DNA from: an uncultured Candidatus Saccharibacteria bacterium
GTDB lineage: Bacteria; Patescibacteriota; Minisyncoccia; Phycocordibacterales; CAYQYW01
DNA length: 64,000 nt
Direction: 5' to 3'
Assembly: GCA_964421995.1 (NCBI GenBank)
Contig: CAYQYW010000005.1
Location: forward strand, 2,203 to 66,202
Position numbers and translations under genes: made by a program. Below are positions 40,616-48,283 of the stretch, in pieces; the stretch's first letter is position 1, and each line of letters begins with the position of its first letter. The notes beneath the pieces were generated by a model. That model searched no databases, was not told the origin of the DNA, and saw nothing but the letters and a program-made list of their open reading frames with translations.

Positions 40616-41440
40616 ATGATACATAATCACATACCAATCAAAGACACCAGGAGCTATAGCTTTGCAATTAATAAGCTACGATCGTTTTTCTTGGAAAAAG
40701 GATTTTTTGAGGTGCACACGCAGGATAGGCTGAGTATATTAGCGGCGTGCGAAGACCCTGATACCGTGGCAACCTACGAATATGGTGGTCAAGTATGGCC
40801 GCTTCCACAAACGGGTCAAATGTGGCTTGAGTATGAGCTACTTTCTAATCCAGATCTTAATGGGGTGTTCTGTGTTAGCACAAGCTACCGGAATGAACCG
40901 AATCCAATTCCTGGAAGACACGAAACAATTTTCCCTATGTTTGAATTTGAGTCAAAGGGAACGCTCGATGATCTACGGCAGTTAGAAATTGATCTTTGTA
41001 CATATCTGGGGTTTGGAGACTCCTTTGTACATAAAACATATGATGAGCTCTCTAAAAAATATGGCACCGATGACTTAACTTCAGAAAATGAATTTGAAAT
41101 GGAGAAAGAGTATGGAAAGGTAGTATTTTTAGAACACTTTCCTGAAACATCCTCACCCTTCTGGAATATGAAAAGAAATGGAAAACTTGCAAACAAGATA
41201 GATGTCATCATGCATGGTATGGAAACGATTGGATCTGCGGAACGAAGTTGTGATCGAGATGAAATGAGAGAGCGATTCAACACCATTAGTAATGGAGGGT
41301 ACGCACAGTTACTCTTCGACAAGTTTGGTAAAGAACGAGTAGAGAACGAACTAGATGATTTTCTTACCTTAGAGCTCTTTCCTCGATATGGAGGTGGAAT
41401 TGGAATGACACGGATGGTTCGCGCGCTTCAAAGTTTGTAA
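40616..41440 (+). CDS. Stand-alone class IIb (Asn/AspRS-like) catalytic-domain protein
   Basis: LPQTGQMWLE, STSYRNEP..GRH, ETIGSAER, GGGIGMTR; no OB anticodon domain. Confidence 0.8.
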   Translation: MIHNHIPIKDTRSYSFAINKLRSFFLEKGFFEVHTQDRLSILAACEDPDTVATYEYGGQVWPLPQTGQMWLEYELLSNPDLNGVFCVSTSYRNEPNPIPGRHETIFPMFEFESKGTLDDLRQLEIDLCTYLGFGDSFVHKTYDELSKKYGTDDLTSENEFEMEKEYGKVVFLEHFPETSSPFWNMKRNGKLANKIDVIMHGMETIGSAERSCDRDEMRERFNTISNGGYAQLLFDKFGKERVENELDDFLTLELFPRYGGGIGMTRMVRALQSL

Positions 41441-41501
41441 TCTGTACCAGTTTGGTATATAGTCAAAAACGGATGTAGGGAAACCTACAGCTATAATTCC
41501 T

Positions 41502-41529
41502 AGACCCCCTTTGCCGAGGGGGTCTTTTT
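41502..41529 (+). terminator. Intrinsic terminator
   Basis: agaccccct-ttgccg-agggggtct-tttt. Confidence 0.8.
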
Positions 41530-41553
41530 AGTGCGTGTGGTATACTACGTTAC

Positions 41554-42567
41554 ATGAATGAAGTTGCATTATATAGAAAATATAGGCCGGGATCTTTTAA
41601 AGAAACGTTGGGCCAGGATGATATCGTATCTGTCTTGGAGGGAGCAATACGTCGTGGAAATATATCACATGCCTACCTCTTCTCAGGGTCACGTGGCACC
41701 GGAAAGACAACCTTTGCTCGTATTTTTGCCAAGGCAATTGGCACAACCACTAATGACCTCTATGAAATTGATGCCGCCTCAAATAGAGGAATTGATGATA
41801 TTAGGGAATTACGAGATGCAGTGAATGTACTACCGCTTGAGTCTAAGCGAAAAGTATACATTATTGATGAGGTACATATGCTTACCAAAGAAGCATTTAA
41901 TGCGCTTCTCAAAACGCTTGAAGAGCCACCACGACATGTGATGTTTATTCTTGCAACGACTGAATTTGAAAAACTACCTGAAACCATCATATCTCGTTGT
42001 CAGTCATTTACGTTCAAAAAACCTTCTACTCATGTATTGCGTAAGATGATCACCTCGGTAGCAAAGAAGGAAGGGGTAAAAATTGACGCTGCGGGTGCGG
42101 AATTAATAGCACTTCTTGCAGATGGATCTTTTCGTGATGCTCATGGCGTCTTGCAGAAAGTGCTTGCTTCAGCGGAGTGTGAAATTACAGTAGCAGACGT
42201 AGAGAAAATTACGGGAGCGCCTAAGGGATCATTAGTAAATGATTTAGCTTTAGCACTCGGAAATAAAGATGTAGCAAAGGCGTTGAATTCCGTACATTGT
42301 GCAGTTGAAGGGAATGTTGATATGAAAGTATTTATAAAATTGTTGCTACATAAGCTGCGTGCCGTGTTGCTACTTCGATATGCGCCTGACATTAATCAAA
42401 AAAGTCATTTTTCAGATGAAGACTACATGTTCTTAACTTCATTAAGTAAGGAGAAGGGAATTGATGCTTCTCTCTTAAAAGAATTTCTAGAAGCATATAG
42501 TGGGATAGGTTCTGCAAGTGTTCCTCAGTTACCGATTGAATTGGCTATTGTGAATATTATAAAATAG
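41554..42567 (+). CDS. dnaX: DNA polymerase III subunit gamma/tau
   Basis: LYRKYRP, GSRGTGKT, EIDAASN, DEVHML, NALLKTLEEPP, SRC. Confidence 0.96.
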   Translation: MNEVALYRKYRPGSFKETLGQDDIVSVLEGAIRRGNISHAYLFSGSRGTGKTTFARIFAKAIGTTTNDLYEIDAASNRGIDDIRELRDAVNVLPLESKRKVYIIDEVHMLTKEAFNALLKTLEEPPRHVMFILATTEFEKLPETIISRCQSFTFKKPSTHVLRKMITSVAKKEGVKIDAAGAELIALLADGSFRDAHGVLQKVLASAECEITVADVEKITGAPKGSLVNDLALALGNKDVAKALNSVHCAVEGNVDMKVFIKLLLHKLRAVLLLRYAPDINQKSHFSDEDYMFLTSLSKEKGIDASLLKEFLEAYSGIGSASVPQLPIELAIVNIIK

Positions 42568-42584
42568 TGTTTCAATACGTCTAT

Positions 42585-42655
42585 TACCGGATCGTCTAAT
42601 GGTAGGACGCTTGGTTTTGGTCCAAGAAATCGGGGTTCGAGCCCCTGTCCGGTAG
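42585..42655 (+). tRNA. tRNA-Gln(TTG)
   Basis: TACCGGA acceptor, CTTGG-TT-TTG-GT-CCAAG, GGTTCGAGCCC; CCA not encoded. Confidence 0.93.
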
Positions 42656-42765
42656 CCGTTTGAATATTTGAACCGATTTGCAAGCTCCGCATACGGAGTA
42701 TTGGCTTTCTTCCCTCTACGACACAGTTCGAGGTAATAATTTTCAGCAATCTGCGCTTTCCAAGC

Positions 42766-42854
42766 ACATCTGCCATCGGCGCCATCACAAAAAACGGCTT
42801 TTTTAAATTATTCCACATATCGGTAATATACTTTGCTACCAAACCTAAAATCAA
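42766..42854 (-). repeat. 89-bp inverted repeat, copy 2
   Basis: Reverse complement of 39522-39610; encodes MWNNLKKPFFVMAPMADV on the minus strand. Confidence 0.95.
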
Positions 42855-43184
42855 CACATTCCATTGGTCCAAATGTTCAGCCAACAAATCATTACTATGC
42901 AGAAAGCGTCGAATAATTTGTTTAGTGAATATCCTCACGCAGATTTGTGGTGATTCTTTTATCAAATTACACTGTCGTGTTTAAGATTTGTTTCTGATAT
43001 ACACTTAACTATCTCAAATGCTTCAAAAGTTGAGACACTAAGTCTCCAAAAGAAGTTCGAGGTGCGTCCCGTTGCGGGTAGCATCAGTCATTAATGTACT
43101 ATTACTGTGTCATGTATAAATAGGAGTGACATGTTCTATTAGTTGTAGAGTTGTACGCATACTGATAATGCAAGATCTCATGAT

Positions 43185-43685
43185 ATGCTGTATTTTATGA
43201 AGTCCAATTATGCATTTATTGATGCACAAAATCTTTATCTCGGTTCGAAGCAAGCTAACATTAATCTCAGTTATCGGAAGTTTCGTGTTTACTTAAAGGA
43301 AAAATATAATGTAGAGCGTGCATATATTTTTATTGGATACTTGCCAGAAAATCGAGAGCTGTATGATTATCTGCAAGACAGAGATTATCTCTTAAAATTT
43401 AAGCCAGTACTTCCAGCTGGAAACGGTCAAAAACAAAAAGGTGATGTTGATGCTGACATGGCATTTAATACAATGCGCTATTATCAGGAGTATGGTAAAG
43501 CAATTTTGGTAACGAGTGACGGAGACTTTGATACGTTGGCGAGTTTTCTACGAACAAAAGACAAATTGGGTGGTGTGATCAGTCCTAATAGAGATAAGTG
43601 TTCTTCTCTTCTGCAAAAAGCAGCAAAAGGTAAAATGTTTTATCTTGAGGATGTTGGAAAGAAAATAATGAAAAAGCACCGCTAG
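43185..43685 (+). CDS. NYN/LabA domain ribonuclease
   Basis: AFIDAQNL, KGDVDADM, VTSDGDF; alternative start 43197. Confidence 0.9.
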   Translation: MLYFMKSNYAFIDAQNLYLGSKQANINLSYRKFRVYLKEKYNVERAYIFIGYLPENRELYDYLQDRDYLLKFKPVLPAGNGQKQKGDVDADMAFNTMRYYQEYGKAILVTSDGDFDTLASFLRTKDKLGGVISPNRDKCSSLLQKAAKGKMFYLEDVGKKIMKKHR

Positions 43686-43756
43686 AGGACGGAACCTATA
43701 GCAGTGCTTTTTCCTGATGATACATATATCATTACACAGATGAATAATAGAAGCAA
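43670..43756 (-). ncRNA. Candidate antisense sRNA with own promoter, convergent on NYN gene 2
   Basis: Minus-strand TTGCTT-17-AATGAT with extended TG; long hairpin 43670-43713 over the stop codon, ending in a U-tract. Confidence 0.4.
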
Positions 43757-43840
43757 GTGTGGTCCTACTATAAGGAAAGCATTACATGATATAATATATC
43801 CTGAAAAGTTCGAGGTACGCCCCTGTCCGGTAGCAATTAT

Positions 43841-44977
43841 ATGATCAATATGATAAAACAGAAATTTCTTGATTATCATCGTTCGCATGGATTTAAAATT
43901 TATGACTCATTTCCACTGGTGATTGATGACCCTACTGTTCTTTTTACTAATGCGACCATAACACCTTTTAAGTCTATGTTTACAGGAGAAGTAAAAATGG
44001 AAAACTATGCTCTCTCACAAAAATGTTTACGTTTGGGTGGTACGGCAGGAAATCTTGAGACGTCTCGATCTGATATAAATTATACATCTTTGTTTGATAT
44101 GCTTGGCAGTGGTTTTTTTAATGTGAGCATGAATGAAGCAGTACATTATTTTGTAGAGCTACTCTCAGAAATAGGTTTTTCACAGGATCGTCTCATATTT
44201 TCAACCCTATCGGGCGTCGGTTTTGATGAAGCACTTAAATGTGCAGGCGTTGCTTCTCATCAAATATTTTTATTTGATCCCTCTGATAAGACTTTTCTTC
44301 ATGAATGGAGTTTTGGAGAAGGAGATTTACACGGACACGGTATAGTAGTTCGAGTTATTCCTGAGGAAGAGGTAACTCTTTCTAAAGACAACATAGTCGA
44401 TAAGTTTTCAGAGTATATTCAAATTGGAAGAATAGTTCATATTAATGGTATATCACATGAAAATAAAACTGTTGAAGAATTTCCATATATGGCTTTTGAT
44501 GTGGGACTTGGTTTAAGTAGAGTTGAATGTGCCCTTTTAGGAAATTCTGAATCATCAATGCGCCCATGGAGAGAAATTTCATATAATCTTCAAGGTGTGA
44601 TTCCTGGATTATCTAAAGGTGATGCTCATTATATTGCAAATTTATATTATGTAGCTAAAAGTCTTATAAGCGAGAAACTAGTACCTGGGAAAAAGAAACA
44701 TTCCTATGTTCTGCGGAAAATTATACGATTATTTATTGAAGAACTTTGGGTTAAGTCAAAAAAACTTGTAGATATTGTTGAACTTATTAGTCAACCACAG
44801 AGGTTATCAGATAATGAACTATTTTTTGAAATTATTTCACAAGAAGAAAAGGCACTTCGTAAGATACTTTCTAAAGCATTGAAAAAAAGACAGGAATACT
44901 CTACTATGAGCCCTGAAGAGTTATGGTCTACTTTTGGCATTAAAGGTAATCTCCTTAATCTTTTGAAACAAGATTAA
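43841..44977 (+). CDS. AlaRS-like paralogue (aminoacylation domain only)
   Basis: DDPTVLFTNA, SQKCLR, FDMLGS, FDVGLGLSR, YVLRKIIR; no editing domain. Confidence 0.85.
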   Translation: MINMIKQKFLDYHRSHGFKIYDSFPLVIDDPTVLFTNATITPFKSMFTGEVKMENYALSQKCLRLGGTAGNLETSRSDINYTSLFDMLGSGFFNVSMNEAVHYFVELLSEIGFSQDRLIFSTLSGVGFDEALKCAGVASHQIFLFDPSDKTFLHEWSFGEGDLHGHGIVVRVIPEEEVTLSKDNIVDKFSEYIQIGRIVHINGISHENKTVEEFPYMAFDVGLGLSRVECALLGNSESSMRPWREISYNLQGVIPGLSKGDAHYIANLYYVAKSLISEKLVPGKKKHSYVLRKIIRLFIEELWVKSKKLVDIVELISQPQRLSDNELFFEIISQEEKALRKILSKALKKRQEYSTMSPEELWSTFGIKGNLLNLLKQD

Positions 44978-46443
44978 ATATCGAGCGTAACCAATGGATT
45001 TTCATTTTGATATAGAAGAGCATTTGATTGATAAATTCCACTCATTATTTTTACTGGCATGGTCTGTGAATCTATATTAGATTTCAGATCTTCTTTTTTA
45101 ATATTTCCAAGCATAAAATTAAGATATTCTAAGATTACCCGATCTTTTGCTTTTTCAATGGTTAATTGGCCGTCAATGTTTTTTTCGATATCTTTTCCTG
45201 TAATCTTTTTAAAAGAACTTCCAGACCCAAACATTTTATTATTTCGGAAAATATAGATATCAAAGTGATTGTTGCCACCGATATCAAATTCGTCTGTGTT
45301 ATCAATATCATGCATATCTTCTGACTGATAATTGTGAACATGAATAGACTGGAAAGGTCCTTGTTGAATTATGAACTGTTGATGTTTTACTCGACCATTT
45401 CCTTTATATAAATCTTTGTTTGGAATTGCCCAAGCACGCTTCGAAAAGCTATTGTGTAATAAGTTAATAGACACGTTACAGATATTTTCACCATTTTTTA
45501 AGAATCGTAAAATATTAAATGAGTCAATTTCTCCATATTCTTTAGTTTCCTCTACATATTCTTCTCGAGTTAGATTAGATTCTTGGTATTCTGACTTAAA
45601 ATAGTTACGATAATCTCGTTCAGTTATATTCACCCTAAAGCCACTTGGAAATAACGCAGAAGAAAAAATTTGCATACTATTCGGTTGTTTTTCTTGGACT
45701 ATTCCAGCTTCATATAATTGCCAAACCATATCAAAAATATGATATCCACTGTGCGAGCATTTACCATATCCATCCTGATAGGAGTGTGATTTTTGAAAAA
45801 GTATTTCTTTTGGAAAGACCCACGTTCCATCAGCATGCATTGCTTGAATTGAAGTAACGGGTATGTTAAATTTTTCCTTTGCTTCTATAATTAGTTTTTT
45901 TACTTTTTCAAAACCATAATCGTATCTTCGTTGTATATTTATTGAAAAAATTGTTGATTTTTTATCCTGCACTTTCTTGTATGACTCAAGAAGATCATAA
46001 TAATCCTCCAATACTCCGACAGCTTGAGAGAGTTTTGTATTCTGAAATTTTCTTACAGAAATAGGTTTATCCATAAGAATGTGTAAATTTCGCTTAAGAG
46101 CCCATTCTGCGTATACTTTGTGAGATAAGGGGTCTGTTGAGATAATCACTCCAGTAATATTGAACTTATCTACAAATGCATCAAGTTCACTAATAACATT
46201 CTTCTGAAGACTTAACCCTAGTTCAATGGAATTAGAATCCAAATAATCAGTGTCCAAATAAATCATTTCAAGATCATAATTGTTTTCATGTAAATATTTC
46301 TCTATAACGTCTTTTTGTGAAGTTAGATCTACACCACCAACTAAGGTAATTGGCATAGATTTTGAATATCTTATTAGTGTAGGAATGTATATTCTTCGAG
46401 CATGAAATCCCGCTCCTATGAGCATAATGTTGATTGAAGCCAT
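44974..46443 (-). CDS. Gfo/Idh/MocA-family NAD(P)-dependent oxidoreductase
   Basis: LIGAGFHA, IISTDPLSH, HILMDKPI, QRRY, HSGYH. Confidence 0.85.
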   Translation of the reverse strand: MASINIMLIGAGFHARRIYIPTLIRYSKSMPITLVGGVDLTSQKDVIEKYLHENNYDLEMIYLDTDYLDSNSIELGLSLQKNVISELDAFVDKFNITGVIISTDPLSHKVYAEWALKRNLHILMDKPISVRKFQNTKLSQAVGVLEDYYDLLESYKKVQDKKSTIFSINIQRRYDYGFEKVKKLIIEAKEKFNIPVTSIQAMHADGTWVFPKEILFQKSHSYQDGYGKCSHSGYHIFDMVWQLYEAGIVQEKQPNSMQIFSSALFPSGFRVNITERDYRNYFKSEYQESNLTREEYVEETKEYGEIDSFNILRFLKNGENICNVSINLLHNSFSKRAWAIPNKDLYKGNGRVKHQQFIIQQGPFQSIHVHNYQSEDMHDIDNTDEFDIGGNNHFDIYIFRNNKMFGSGSSFKKITGKDIEKNIDGQLTIEKAKDRVILEYLNFMLGNIKKEDLKSNIDSQTMPVKIMSGIYQSNALLYQNENPLVTLDI

Positions 46444-46512
46444 TTGATTTACTTAAATTTGATAATAAAATCTATCATAGCATTTTTTTACATTTATTGT
46501 ATAATTGTGATT

Positions 46513-47322
46513 ATGTTAGATACTACTTGGAAAGTCAAAAAAATAGAGTCTAAAAATGATTTTGATCCAGGTATACTACTTCCTCAACTTGCGAACAATG
46601 ACATTCCAGCAATACAAATAGCCAATTTTTATTCACCGGATGTGCTAGATACAATTGTGAAGAATATATTTTCACAGGGGATTCTATGGTATCAAAATTT
46701 TGAATACAAACAGGGTAGAATTGGTGTTTGTGCGACTGAGTATTATTCGAAACTAAATGGAAAAGCAGCTTATTTTGCGCTTGAACCAGAACATTCTCGT
46801 ATTAGAGAAAACATTTTTTCTACTACTCTAGATCCAGTTAACAAACTGATCGAGTTATTTTCTATTAGTTACAAAACAAACATTGCTCGTGAGCCTACTA
46901 TGGGGAATTTAAAATATTTTTCTGGTATTATTCGTGCAATGCAACAAAAAAGTACTGCACATTTTGACTATGCCACTCATCAATTACCAGGGTGGTGGGT
47001 TTCAAACATGGAAGCACAGTTCGGTATTGTTATTTATTTACAAATGCCTGAATTAGGAGGAGAGTTAACTATATATAATCGACCGTGGATACCTGAGGAT
47101 GATAAATATAATCAAGACGTAGAAGAAAAGGGTCCAAAAGGTTTTGATGAAGGACTTTTAAAAAATGTTCCTTCAACAACAATTACTCCTCATGTAGGTG
47201 ATGTAATTATTTTTAGCACAAGAAACTTTCATCAAGTTGATGGTATTAATTCTGATACTATTCGTTTGACTTGTAATTCATTTGTAAGTCTTAAAGACAA
47301 CAAACTTTATTTGTGGAGTTAA
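46513..47322 (+). CDS. 2OG-Fe(II) oxygenase
   Basis: HFD...GGEL...GDVIIF..RNFHQV...RLT (HxD...H...R). Confidence 0.85.
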   Translation: MLDTTWKVKKIESKNDFDPGILLPQLANNDIPAIQIANFYSPDVLDTIVKNIFSQGILWYQNFEYKQGRIGVCATEYYSKLNGKAAYFALEPEHSRIRENIFSTTLDPVNKLIELFSISYKTNIAREPTMGNLKYFSGIIRAMQQKSTAHFDYATHQLPGWWVSNMEAQFGIVIYLQMPELGGELTIYNRPWIPEDDKYNQDVEEKGPKGFDEGLLKNVPSTTITPHVGDVIIFSTRNFHQVDGINSDTIRLTCNSFVSLKDNKLYLWS

Positions 47323-47334
47323 TAGAATATTTTC

Positions 47335-48171
47335 TTACCACAGGTCTGACAACGTGTAGTCATGGAATTGATTCATAACTGTTTTTGTGATTAATCCAAC
47401 TTTACCATCTCCAACAGGATTATTGTCTATTTTAGTGACGGGAACCACCTCTTTAGCACTTACCGACAAGAACACTTCTGATGCATTCTTAAGATCATCT
47501 ACTGAAAAGTCTTCAACTACAATTGGAATATCAAGTGTTAGGGTTTCAAGTAATACTCCTCGTGTTATTCCATATAAAATGTTATTTTGCGGAGTAAGAA
47601 GCCTGTTGTTTATAACAGCAAAAATATTACTACAAGCACCCTCTCGCACTATATTATCTGAATGGTAAATTAGTTCAGCAATACTTAATGATTCAAAAAG
47701 ATGTATGTTCCGTACTAATTCAATATAGTTATTAGTTTTTGCGTTTGCTTTGTACCGTTCAAATTCAATCAGGTGTACACTTACTCCATCTTCATACATT
47801 TCTTTTGCAAAAACAAAAAACGAATCAACAATAATCATTATGGTCGGTGTTTTTGGTGGAACTAAAGTGTTTGAGGGTCCGCCTGAAATAACAATTCGGA
47901 GAACTTTTTCATCAGCAGTTTTATTTTTAGCAAGCGTATCGAAAACCCACTTAATGATTTGTTTTTTCTCCCATGGAATTGAAAGACTTATACTAGCTGC
48001 CGATTGATAGAGTCGATCAATATGTTTTTTTAGTATAAACGGTTTATGGTGTGGATATGTTCTTATCAATTCAAAAACTGCATATCCTCGAGAATACCCA
48101 AGATCTCGTGGAGAGATAAGAAGTTCTTCCTCAGAAACAAATGATCCATTTAAAAAGTGAATATTAGTCAT
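47335..48171 (-). CDS. Class IV PLP aminotransferase (D-amino acid/BCAT-like)
   Basis: DLGYSRGYAVFE, HIDRL, AKTNNY, EGACSNIF, ILYGITR. Confidence 0.9.
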   Translation of the reverse strand: MTNIHFLNGSFVSEEELLISPRDLGYSRGYAVFELIRTYPHHKPFILKKHIDRLYQSAASISLSIPWEKKQIIKWVFDTLAKNKTADEKVLRIVISGGPSNTLVPPKTPTIMIIVDSFFVFAKEMYEDGVSVHLIEFERYKANAKTNNYIELVRNIHLFESLSIAELIYHSDNIVREGACSNIFAVINNRLLTPQNNILYGITRGVLLETLTLDIPIVVEDFSVDDLKNASEVFLSVSAKEVVPVTKIDNNPVGDGKVGLITKTVMNQFHDYTLSDLW

Positions 48172-48283
48172 TGTGTTTTATTATACTGCATTAGTATTAC
48201 ATATGTAAAAATCAGTGCAACAAAGTAATAAAAAGCTTATTTGACATTTTTATAATATTTCTGATATTCTATTATAACTAATT

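Larger units (their letters stand above)
42641..43834. mobile_element. tRNA-Gln-anchored insertion remnant bounded by a 16-bp att-like repeat
   Basis: gcccctgtccggtagc at 42641-42656 and 43819-43834; degenerate copy at 43053-43083; no integrase seen. Confidence 0.65.

Noticed and set aside
42525-42965. 146-aa minus-strand ORF containing the Dus N-terminus
   Set aside because: It runs through the 89-bp inverted copy and antisense across tRNA-Gln; a by-product of the duplication, not a gene.
42656-43184. Possible CRISPR-like array with captured host fragments
   Set aside because: The repeats are few, degenerate and irregularly spaced, and no cas genes are present; kept only as att-like sites.
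43714-43720. CTGATGA, the hammerhead ribozyme core, after NYN gene 2
   Set aside because: No stem II followed by GAAA and no stem III/cleavage triplet could be built.
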